64,000 nucleotides of DNA from Chiloscyllium plagiosum (Eukaryota): the NCBI RefSeq assembly GCF_004010195.1, contig NC_057720.1:2441002-2505001 (forward strand), written 5' to 3'. A program made the position numbers and the translations under genes. The notes below the pieces were generated by a model. The model was not told the DNA's origin and did no database searches. It saw only the letters and a list, made by a program, of their open reading frames with translations. Positions 38,483-48,799 of this stretch are shown here, in pieces (position 1 is the first letter of the stretch; every line of letters starts with the position of its first letter).

Positions 38483-39798
38483 ATTTTATTCAATTTGTAA
38501 TAGTCCCATCTTCCCCAGAACTGGTCCCAATGTCCCACAAATCTGAACCCCTCCCTCCTACCATCCCTCAAGCCATGTGTTCATCCTGCCTACTGTTTCA
38601 TTTCTACCCTGGCTAGCACATGGCACTGGTAGCAATTGTGAGATCACTACCTTTGAGGTCCTCCTTTTTGACTTCTCTCTTAGCTCCCTGAATTCAGCTT
38701 TCAGGTGCTCATCTCATTTTTTACTTAATTCGTTGGTGCCTATATGCACCATGACAACTGGCTGTTCACCCTCCCCTTTCAGAATGCTCTGCAGCTGATC
38801 AGATGAAGTGGGTTCATCAGTTCATCTGATGATGGGGCTATGTTCTGAACACTTGTGATTTCAAATAAATCTGTTATAGTATAACCTGGTGTTGTGCGAT
38901 TTCTAACCATTGATATTCTATGACACAGTATTCTTTATTCTAATGTAAGTTAGAATTGATTCTTTCAATCAATATTCATTAACAATTCTAAAACTGCCAC
39001 CTCATAATTAATTCCCATCAAACCAACAACTGGACAATAATATCCTAGAATTCTTAAGTTAGGATTCAAAGTTCAGATATTGGTAAAATTTCAGAAACAC
39101 TGTTTCTTCTGTCATACTCCAGTTGATGTGGGCGGCACGGTGGCACAGTGGTTAGCACTGCTGCCTCACAGCGCCAGAGACCCGGGTTCAATTCCCACCT
39201 CAGGCGACTGACTGTGTGGAGTTTGCACATTCTCCCCATGTCTGCATGGGTTTCCTCCGGGTGCTCCGGTTTCCTCCCACAGTCCAAAGATGTGCGGGTC
39301 AGGTGAATTGGCCATGCTCAATTGCCCGTAGTGTTAGGTAAAGGGGTAAATGTAGGGGTATAGGTGGATTGTGCTTCAGCGGGGCGGTGTGGACTTGTTG
39401 GGCCGAAGGGCCTGTTTCCATGCTGTAAGTAATCTAATCTAATAATAATGATAATGTTGCTGGTTTGAAAATCCCTGGGGGTGGGAATATTTCATTAGAG
39501 GACCTGGTGAAGCTGGTTAACTTTCTTTAAAGATCTCAAATGTTTCATGGTTGAGGTGTTAATTTGACCAATACTCCCTGGGCAGGTTTCTCTTGCCAGA
39601 GGATAAAGACAACAGAATTATTAAAAGTGGAATTTTCAATATTGGAAATGTCATTGAACATCCAGGGATTCCATGTATGGAATGAGCTGCCAGAGGAAGT
39701 TGTCGATGGTGTTACAATTACATTTAAAAGGCATCTAATATGGATATATGAATAGGCAGGGTTTAGAGGGAAATGGGCCAAATGCTGGCAGATGGACT
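37388..39798. repeat. Local segmental duplication, copy 2 (paralog of 1-2196)
   Basis: Collinear with 1-2196 apart from copy-specific insertions and small indels. Confidence 0.92.
39130..39442 (+). mobile_element. HE1-type V-SINE, young and copy-2 specific
   Basis: Intact A box TGGCACAGTGG and B box GGTTCAATTCC, (AATCT)n tail; absent at the paralogous site near 1828. Confidence 0.95.
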
Positions 39799-40029
39799 AG
39801 ATTTATTTAGTATTGAGAGTTGTCAGCATCGGGAAGAGTGGGAGCTTGGTCCAGGAGCCTGTTGGGAAAGGTGAGCCTTTGACTTAAATGGTTGGATTCA
39901 TGTTTGTTGGAGATGCTCATTGATTGTGCCACAGAAATGCCAATCACTACTTTGTAATCACCCAGCATTAAACAGCACAGGAGGGTAAGTGCAGAGAATC
40001 TTTTAGTGAGTATGTCGCTGGGCTAGTCC

Positions 40030-40490
40030 ATAATATCCAGGAGCAGGGGGAGGCCATCAGCCCCATGAGCCTGATCCAACATTTCATATGATCATGGCTG
40101 ATCTCATCTCAGCCTCAAATCCAATTTCCTGCCCTCTCTCCATGACCCTTCAACTGTTACTGATGTCTGTCTGTCTATCTATCTATCTCCTTAAGTTTGC
40201 CAGTATCCATTGTCCTTTGGGGTAATGAATTCCACAGATTCATGACCAATAAATTCTCCTCATCTCTGTTTTAACTCGGCTACTCCTTACCCTATAATTA
40301 TGACCACTTGTTCTAGATTGCTCCACATCCGGAAACATCCTTTCCACATCTACTTTCTCAATCCCCTTTATTATCTTAAACACCTCAATTAGATCTCCTC
40401 TCATTCTTCTAAACTCCAGAGAGTATAGTCCTAAACTGCTCAATCTCTCTTCAGAAGACAAACCCATTATCTCTGGAATCAATTTAGTGA
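40030..40490 (-). mobile_element. CR1 3' fragment
   Basis: LGLYSLEFRRMRGDLIEVFKI. Confidence 0.88.
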
Positions 40491-41419
40491 TGTTGAATGT
40501 TTGTGTTGAGAAAGAGACCTGGTGACCTTAGCCATGCTGAGCTGGATGTAACTCCCGTCACAACAACATGCTTGACCCTTCATTCCTCCCTGAAACCTCC
40601 AAGCGAGACATCAAATTGCTGCATGTGGTTCAGGAATGTTCTCCACCACTAGCCTCCCAGGAATGATAATGAACGTTGGTCCTGCCAGCAATGCCACATC
40701 CTGTGAGCACAACAAGTAAAAATACCAGTTACAGAAAACCAGGGGGAAGTAGAGAAATTGGATCAGACAAAAATAGATTGAAAGGAGCTGCTGCAAAGGT
40801 TGGCAGCACTCAAAACTGGAAAGTTACCCGATCCGATGAGATGCATCCCAGAGAATTAGGGCCAGGAATTGCAGAGGCTGTAGACACAATCTTCTGATCC
40901 TGTTTGGTTGTGGAGGTGGTGCGAATATTACAACCCTGTTCAAAAATAAAACTGAGAGCAATTAACCACCAACACAGGTCAATCAGATCTCAAACAATCA
41001 AGCATATGGTACAGAAAGCATTTGGTTGAAAAGAGACATTCCTACACCTAGATCTATCCAGTCTATTTTTCCCCTCCTAATTCTTTCATGGATCACTGGC
41101 AAAGTCAGCATTTATTGCTGTCTCAAATCACACTTGAGCTGAGTGGCTTGTTCAGGCCATGTCAGAGTCAGCCACATCGCTGTGGGTTTGGAGTCACATG
41201 TTGGTCATAAAGGGGTTTAAGGAACCAGATGGACTTATCACAGCAATGATAGGAGTTGCTGAAATGATAGCTTTTAATTTCAAGTTTTAATGAGCTTAAA
41301 TTTCACCATCTGTCACGATGAAATTTGAACACATGTCCCAGAAGATTAATTTAGATTCCTGGACTAGCAATCCTCGATATTGCCACTACACCCCCACTAA
41401 GATATAAAAGAATATAATC

Positions 41420-41796
41420 AGAGTTGGAGGGTTTGAGCTAGAGGGAGAGGCTGAATAGAATGGAACATTTTTCTCTGGTGTTGGAGGCTGAAGGGTGACA
41501 TTATAGAAGTTTATAATATCACGAGGGGCATGGATATGGTGAACTAGTCAAGATCTTTTCCCCGGGGTAGGGGAGTCCAAAACTAGAAGGCACAGGTTTA
41601 GGGTGAAAGGGGAAAGATATAAAAGGGACCTAAGGGGCAACTTTTTCACACAGAGGGTGGTATGTGTATGGAATGAGCTGCCAGAGGAAGTCGTGGACAC
41701 AATTACAACATTTAAAAGGCATCTAACATGGGTATATGAATAGGCAGGGTTTAGAGGGAAGTGACCTAAATGCTGGCAGATGGGACTAGATTTATT
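41420..41796 (+). mobile_element. CR1 3' fragment whose tail resumes at 44838-44910
   Basis: gggactagatt... is continued by ...catggacgagttggaccgaagggtctgtttcc after the nested CR1. Confidence 0.85.
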
Positions 41797-44700
41797 TATT
41801 ATACAGAGTTGCCAGAAGCAGGAAGAGTGGGAGCTTGGACCAGGGGCCTGTCAGGAAAGGTGAGTCACTGATGTAAAACTTTAAAGTTTACCTCGAGCAT
41901 TGGCAGTGGCAGCACCTCAGAGAGCAGAGATTTCCGGGAAAGAAGGGACTTTTCTCCCCCCCTCAGCTACATAGGTGAGCATTTTCACAGTCACAGCAGT
42001 GTGCTGGCAGACAGCAAGCTGGTTTGAAGTGTGTCTACTTCAAGGCCAAGAGTATCCGGAATAAGGCGGGTGAGTTTGCAGCATGGATTGGTATCTGGGA
42101 CTTCGATGTGGTAGCCATTTCGGATACATGGATAGAGCAGGGACAGGAATGGATGTTGCAGGTTCCAGGGTTTAGATCTTTCATTAAGATCAGGGAAGTT
42201 GGTAAAAGAGGGGGAGGTGTGGCTTTGTTAATCAAAGATAGTATAACGGTGGCTGAAAGAATATTTGACGAGGATTCGTCTACTGAGGTTAGAAACAGGA
42301 GAGGAGAGGTCACACTGCTTGGAGTTTTTTATAGGCCTCTGCAGAGTTCCAGGGAGGTGGAAGAGAGGATTGGCAAATCGATTCTGGGCAGGAGTGAAAG
42401 GAATACAGTGGTCATTATAGGGGACTTAAACTTCCTCAACATTGACTGGAAATGCTATAACTCCAATACTTTGGATGGATCAGTTTTTGTCCAATGTGTG
42501 CAGGAGGATTTCCTGACACAGTATGTCGAAGGGCCGACAAGAGGGGAGGACACACTGGATCTGGTAATGAACCAGGCCAGGTGTTTGATTTAGTTGTCGG
42601 TGAGCACTTTGGAGAGAGTGACCATAATTCGGTTATGTTTAGTTCAGCAATAGATAGGGATAGGTACATGCCACAGGGCAAGAGTTATAGATGGGGAAAG
42701 GGCAATTATAATGCAATTAGGCAAGACTTAGGAGGCATAGAATGGGGCTGCAAAATGGAGGGGATGGGGACAATTGAAATGTGGAGCTGGTTAAAGGAAC
42801 AGGCATTGCATCTCTTTGATAGGTATGCCCCTGTCAGGCAGGGAGGAAGTGATAAGGTAAGGGAACCGGGGTTTACTATAAGAAATTATATCACTTGTTA
42901 AGTGGAAGAGGGATGCTTTTGTGATGTTGAGGTGAGATGGTTCAGATGAGGTGATGGAGAGTTACAGATTAGCGAGAAAGGATTTAAAGAGAGAGTTAAG
43001 AAGAGCAAGGAGGGGACATGAGCAGTCTTTAGCCGGTAGAATAAAGGAGAACCCTAAAGCTTTCTAAAGGTAGGTGAGGAATAAAAGGATGATGAGGGTA
43101 GGAATAAGGCCAAAGACAGAAGTGGGAAGTTGTGTGTGCACCCTGTGGAGATTGGAGAGGTGCTAACTGAATATTTCTCAAGTGCTTTCCCTCAGGACAT
43201 AGAGAATATTGTAGAGGAGAAAACTGAGAAAAGGGCTATTAGACTTGAAAGGATTGAGGTTAGTAAGGAGGGGGTGTTATAATTTCTAGAAGGTGTGAAA
43301 GTAGATAAGTCCCCTGGGCCGGATGGAATTTTTCTGAGAATTCTCTGGGAAGCTAGGGAGGAGATGGCGGAGCCTTTGGCCTTGAAATTGCGTCGTCATT
43401 GTCTACAGGTTTAGTACCAGAGGACTGGAGGATTGCAAATGTGCCCTTGTTCAAGGGCAGTAGAGATAACCCAGGTAGTTATAGACCCGTGAGCCTTACG
43501 TCTGTTGTAGGAAAAGTTTTGGAAAGGATTATAAGAGATAGGATTTATAATTATCTGGCAAGCAACAAATTGATTTGAAATAGTCAACATGGTTTCGTCA
43601 AGGGCAGGTGGTGTCTCACAAACCTCATTGAGTTTTTTTGAGAAGGTGACCAAGCATGTGAATGAGGGTAGGATAGTTAAGGTGGTGTACATGGACTTCA
43701 GCAAAGCCTTTGATAAGGTTCCATGTGGTAGGCTACTGGACAAAATGCGGAGGCATGGGATTGAAGGTGATTTAGCAATTTGGGTTAGAAACTGGCTTTC
43801 TGTAAAAAGGCAACAAGTGGTGGTTAATGGAAAATATTCAGCCTGGAGTCCAGTTACTAGTGGTGTACCACAAGGATTTGTTTTGGGACCACTAATGTTT
43901 GTCATTTTTTATAAACGACTTGGACACAGGCATAGGTGGATGGATTAGTAAATTTGCAGACAACACTTAAGTCAGTGGAGTAGTGGACAGTGTGGAAGAA
44001 TGTTGTAGGTTGCAGGAGGACTTGGATAAACTGCAGAATTGGGCTGAAAGGTGGCAAATGAAGTTGAATGCAGATAAATGTGAGGTGATTCACTTTGAGA
44101 AGAACAATGGGAAGGCAGAATACTGGGTCAATGGAAAGATTGTTGGTAGTGTGGATGTGCAGAGAGATCTTGGAGTCCATTTACATAGATCCCTGAAAGT
44201 TGCCACCCAGGTTGATAGTGCTGTTAAGAAGGCATACAGTGTGATAGGATTTATTAGTAGAGGGATTGAGTTCCAGAGCCGTAATGTCATGCTGCAACTG
44301 TACAAAACGCTAGTGCGGCCTCACTTGGAATATTGCGTACAGTTCTGGTCACCCTATTACAGAAAGGATGTGGAAGTATTGGAAAAGGTGCAGAGGAGAT
44401 TTACCAGGATGTTGCCTGGTCTGGAGGGAAGGTTTTATGAGGAAAGGCTGAGGAATTGGGTCTGTTCTCATTGGAGAGAAGGCGGTGAAGAGGCAATTTA
44501 ATAGAGACCTACAAGATGATCAGAGAATTAGATAGGGTGGACAGTGAGAGTCTTTTTCCTAAGAATGCTTGTAAGAGGGGGTATAGCTTCAAATTGAGGG
44601 GTAATAGATTTAAGACAGATGTCAGAGGCAGGTTTTTTACTCAGCATGGTAAGGGCGTGGAATGCCCTGCCTGCTAATGTAGTTAGCTCAGCCACATTAG

Positions 44701-44837
44701 TGGCATTTAAACAATCCTTGGATAAGCACGTGGATGATTTTGGGATAGTGTAGGGTGACGGGCTAAGATTAGTTCACAGGTTGGTGCAACATAAGAGCCG
44801 AAGGGCCTGTTCTGCGCTGTATTGTTCTATGTTCTAT
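41797..44837 (+). mobile_element. CR1 with near-complete degenerate ORF2 (APE and RT) but no ORF1
   Basis: LKCVYF.AKSIRNK at 42024 through RT motifs to the ttctatg tail; about 225 bp of leader. Confidence 0.92.
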
Positions 44838-45009
44838 TTCAGGTCACCATGGACGAGTTGGACCGAAGGGTCTGTTTCCGTGCTGTGAAGCTCTTTGACT
44901 CTGTGATTCTATAACTTGCCATTATCTAAAAGCACAATAGACCAATAATATTATCTTGTATGAAATATTTTCCACTTCTCAAAGTCACATTTTCTGAATG
45001 TTTCAACCA

Positions 45010-45430
45010 TATGCATTTATTGCAGCATCTCTCACACAATAAAACATCCCAAGCTACTGCACAAGAATGATTTCCAAACGGGGGTGGATGCTGGGCCCCA
45101 TGAGGAAATATTTGGACAGGAGGTATCTGGATGGGCTTGGTCAAAGAGGGAGGATGTCAGGAGTGTCGTGAAGGAGGAAACTGAGGCTGAGAGGAGACGA
45201 AGCTTTGGAAAGGTATTCCAGAGCGTAGGGCCCAGGCAGCTGAAGGCACGACTGCCAATGGTGGAGTAATAAAGTCAGAAACTAGGTTGGTCAAGTGCAT
45301 AGTGGTGAAGCATTATGGGTTTTGAAGGTGGAGGAGATTATAGATTGCGAAGGAATTTGAAGTCACAGATGAGAATTTTAAAATTGAGACAGTATCAATT
45401 TTGAAGCCAATGCTGATCAGTGAGCATGTG
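45010..45430 (-). mobile_element. L2 3' end
   Basis: Reverse of ccattggcagtcgtgccttcagctgcctgggccctacgctctggaatac. Confidence 0.7.
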
Positions 45431-45573
45431 AGAGACTAGGTTTCTTAACTCGGACAACATTCAGTAGAAGTCTCATTTTCTGATGTGTGCTGTTGTCTTG
45501 CTAATTTATCTGGCAGAATTAACAGAAGCATTTGACAGCTAATAAGCAACAGAATGGATATATTTATGGTACG

Positions 45574-45790
45574 AAAACAGCAATTGCTAGAGAAACTCAG
45601 CAGGTCTGGTAGCATCTGTGGAGAGAAAGTAGACTTAATGTTTCAGGTCCAGTGACCCTTCTTCAGAATTGTAGTTGTGATGAACTTGAGTTCTGAAGAA
45701 GGGTCACTGGACCTGAAACATTAACTCTGCTTTCTCTCCATAGATGCTGCCAGAATTGCTGAGCTTTTCCAGCAAGTTCTGTTTTTGTTT
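45574..45790. mobile_element. Inverted pair of hammerhead-bearing PLE termini
   Basis: About 95-bp arms around a short spacer; motifs at 45632-45670 (-) and 45688-45727 (+): gagtt-CTGAAGA-A-GGGTC-actg-GACCT-GAA-ACAT-T-aactc. Confidence 0.85.
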
Positions 45791-45928
45791 GAATTTATTG
45801 TCATGTGTATCGAGGCACAGTGAAAAGCCTTGTCTTGTGAATAATACAGGCAGATCACAGAGTTAAATAGCAAAGATAAGTAAATAATAGGTAAACAGCG
45901 GCAAAAACAAAAACACAGGTACAGGCGA
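45791..45928 (-). mobile_element. Rex1/Babar 3' UTR
   Basis: Reverse complement of 14425-14560 and 56850-56985. Confidence 0.85.
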
Positions 45929-46516
45929 TGTTTGCAGGATAAATATTGATTAAATGTTTGTATGAGGGTAACTGTAGTCCTCGTACAGGGTGTGCTGGGA
46001 TCCTCATGTTAAAGTCATCCTCAAATGATTAACATCTGACTGGCCATGTATCCTAGGCCTCATAAAACTCTACCTCATTGGAAGTGCCAACAGTTGTGGG
46101 GAGAGGCCTTTGAGGCACTGCTTGTGGGTCGAAAGGGGCAGGAATGCTGCCCCCAAGTTTCCGCAGCATCCCTTCATGCTTCCCATTGAAATCCTCCCAC
46201 TCACTGCCACTGGATCATTTTTCCAACTCTAGTGTTGGAGCACTTACTCATCCAAAGACCTTACCTCATCATTAGCCAGTCACCTCCATTAGATCCTCCA
46301 TACCATTGGACACTGCACCATTCAACATTGCATCCTTTAGATAATCCCTTTCATCAAAGATCCTCACCCAAAATGAATAGTTCCCTGGCAAATCAGCTGT
46401 GGAGACAGAGAAGGAGACCATTTGGCCCATTATTACCTTTGTCAGCTCTTTGGAAAGGCTATCCTGGTAGTTGCACTCACCTTAGCCTTTTCTTCATAGC
46501 TATATGATTATTCCTC

Positions 46517-46735
46517 GTTAAAAACCACACAACACCAGGTTATAGTCCAACAGGTTTATTTGGAAGCACTAGCTTTCGGAGCGATGCTCCTTCATCAGTT
46601 GGTTGATGAGGGACTTGATGAAGGAGCAGCGCTTCGAAAGCTAGTGCTTCCAAGTAAACCTGTTTGGACTATAACCTGGTGTTATGTGATTTTTAACATT
46701 GTACATCCCAGTCCAACACTGGCATCTTCTAAATC
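46517..46735. mobile_element. Inverted pair of hammerhead-bearing termini (AGCT family)
   Basis: 13-bp TSD ATGATTATTCCTC (46504-46516, 46736-46748); arms 46517-46598 and 46615-46697. Confidence 0.9.
46567..46601 (-). ncRNA. Minimal hammerhead ribozyme, core intact
   Basis: CTGATGA-A-GGAGC-atc-GCTCC-GAA-AGCT-A-gtg; mirrored copy at 46612-46646 with TTGATGA. Confidence 0.78.
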
Positions 46736-47049
46736 ATGATTATTCCTCCTTCAAGTATTTATCTAAATCTCTTTCAGAAGTTATTACTGAATCTGCATTC
46801 CTCGCCCTTGCAGGCAGCACATTCCAGATCACACAACTCATTGTAAAAATGTTCCCTTCTGACATGTTACATTCTCTTCCCAAATATTTTCAGTCTGTGT
46901 TAAGATCATGAGTCATGGATGCAGAATTAGGCCATTCAGTCCATCATGTTAGCTCCAATAGTCAATGAGATTGTGACCGACCTGATCATCCTCAACTCCA
47001 CTTTCCTGCCTTTGCCTCATAGCTCCTGACTCCAGTCTTTCTCTATTCA

Positions 47050-48075
47050 AATAATATTCTGCTCCGCTATTCTTCCTGGCATGTACAGCAAAAATTCACC
47101 AAGGTTCTTTCGACAGTTCCAATAGCACTCAAAAGACTTGACACCATCCAGGAGAAAGTAACCTACATTCCAAACACCTCAGCCTCCACTGTAAACATCC
47201 TGCCTTCCACCACACGCTAACAGCGGCTGTATTGCATACCTTCTATAAATGTTCGCAATAACTCACGAAGGCTCCTCAACAACACTTTTTAAAATCATCA
47301 CCTCTACCATCCAGAAGGTTTAGGGCAGCAGATGCATGGGATCACCACCCCCTGCAGGTTCCCTTCTGAGCCATTCACCATCCTGACTTGGAAATATATC
47401 ACTGTTACTTCAATGTCACTGGATCATTTTTTTTAAACGTTTATTCGGCGATATGAGGGTTGTGGCTGGGTCAGGATTTATTTCCAATCAGTAATTGCCC
47501 TTGAGAACAGGGAGGTGAATCTAAATGAGGTCAGGTGCTGAGTGGCCCTGGGAGTGGAAGCCAAACTGGGCACTACTGAGCAGGTTATTGCTGAGCAGGT
47601 GCTGTGTGATAGCACTGTTGATGACACCTTCCATTACTTTACTGATGATCAAGAGTAGACTGATGAGATGGTAATTGGCCAAGTTAGATCTGTCCTCCTA
47701 AGGGAACTCTTTCTTGACTATATCTCACTGTGCTTCCACCTCTTCTGGGTTTGTCCTACTGGTGGGACAGGACATATCCAGGGATGGTAGTGTCTGGGAC
47801 ATTGTCTGTAAGATATGATTCCATGAGTATGACTATATCAAGCTACTGCTTTTCTGGACTGATAGATAGCTCTCCCAATTTTGGCACTAGCCCCCAGATG
47901 TTGGTATGGAGGATTGTACAGGATTGACAAGGCTATGTTTACTGGTGCCTAGGTCGATACTAGATGGTCTGTCTTTACCAGTCTGACCTTCATGTGACTC
48001 CAGAACCACAAGGAGGGCACTCAGTTCAAGTGCAGTGAGGGATGGGTGACAAACATTGGCCTTGCCAGTGGCATT
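47050..48075. mobile_element. Cluster of older CR1/L2-group LINE fragments on both strands
   Basis: Matches 24775-25715 and 59368-59750. Confidence 0.65.
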
Positions 48076-48229
48076 CTATGAGATACTAAAAACACATACT
48101 CCCAGCATTCCCGCTAGTTTTGTTTTTCTGTGTGAACTTCCAAGGTCCATGTGAGGCAGCGACTTCTGGAACTGGAAGTCAATGCTGCCATCCATGTTGG
48201 CTCAGAAGGAATTTTGTGGTCAAATCTGG

Positions 48230-48735
48230 CTTAATCATCACATGGCATGTTTCAGGAGTCCCATCTGACCTGGCAGTGTCTGCCACATTGGCACAGAGAG
48301 AGACAGTGGAGTGAGAGGATGTAGGAATTCACTGACTCCTGTTGTCTCTCTTTTTGGCCAGCTGAGCTTTCTGTTTCTGCTTACCTTGTCCAATGGCCTT
48401 CCAAACAGTCAACCTCAAGAGGTCACAGCTGTTAGCGACCGTCTCCCAGGTGTCAGAATGTCAGTGCCATCATCTTCATATCTCACCTACAGACGTCCTT
48501 GTAGGGGGCTAGACACATGAGACATTATGAGATTCCTGATGAAGGGCTCTTGCTCAAAACATCGATTCTCCTGCTCCTCGGATGCTGCCTGACCTGCTGT
48601 ACTTTTCTAGCACCACACTCTCGACACAAGACATTGTGACCCACTGGCAGGCTCATTGTGCAGAAGACCTTTCGGTAAATGAACATGATTCGCCTGATGA
48701 CTGTGGCTGAGCCAGTCTGGACATCAGACATATCC
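48230..48735 (-). mobile_element. RTE-clade LINE C-terminal fragment
   Basis: YKDVCR*DMKM...DTWETVANSCDLLRLTVWKAIGQGKQKQKAQLAKKR followed by a Cys-containing end. Confidence 0.7.
48531..48628 (+). mobile_element. Short hammerhead-type insertion in the RTE fragment
   Basis: attc-CTGATGA-A-GGGC-tctt-GCTC-AAAACATC; probable TSD AGACATT(A/G)TGA (48520-48530, 48629-48639). Confidence 0.8.
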
Positions 48736-48799
48736 TTGTGTCTCTTGGTAAGACAGGGTCGTGTGCTCAGAGGTTCTTGTAGTCTGCCAATTCCATTAG

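Noticed and set aside
38074..38571. ORF with an apparently duplicated WD.FWGRWD.YK SGNH motif (also 781..1245)
   Set aside because: A chance in-frame junction of two different CR1 ORF1 fragments, not a host esterase gene.
39130..39205. tRNA gene-like A/B boxes here and in other copies
   Set aside because: These are SINE heads followed by V-domain and LINE-like tails, not tRNA genes.
45574..45790. Interpretation of the hairpins as pre-miRNAs, terminators or classical MITEs
   Set aside because: The arms are homologous to PLE termini, are usually unequal in length, and sibling loci have variable 9-13 bp TSDs.
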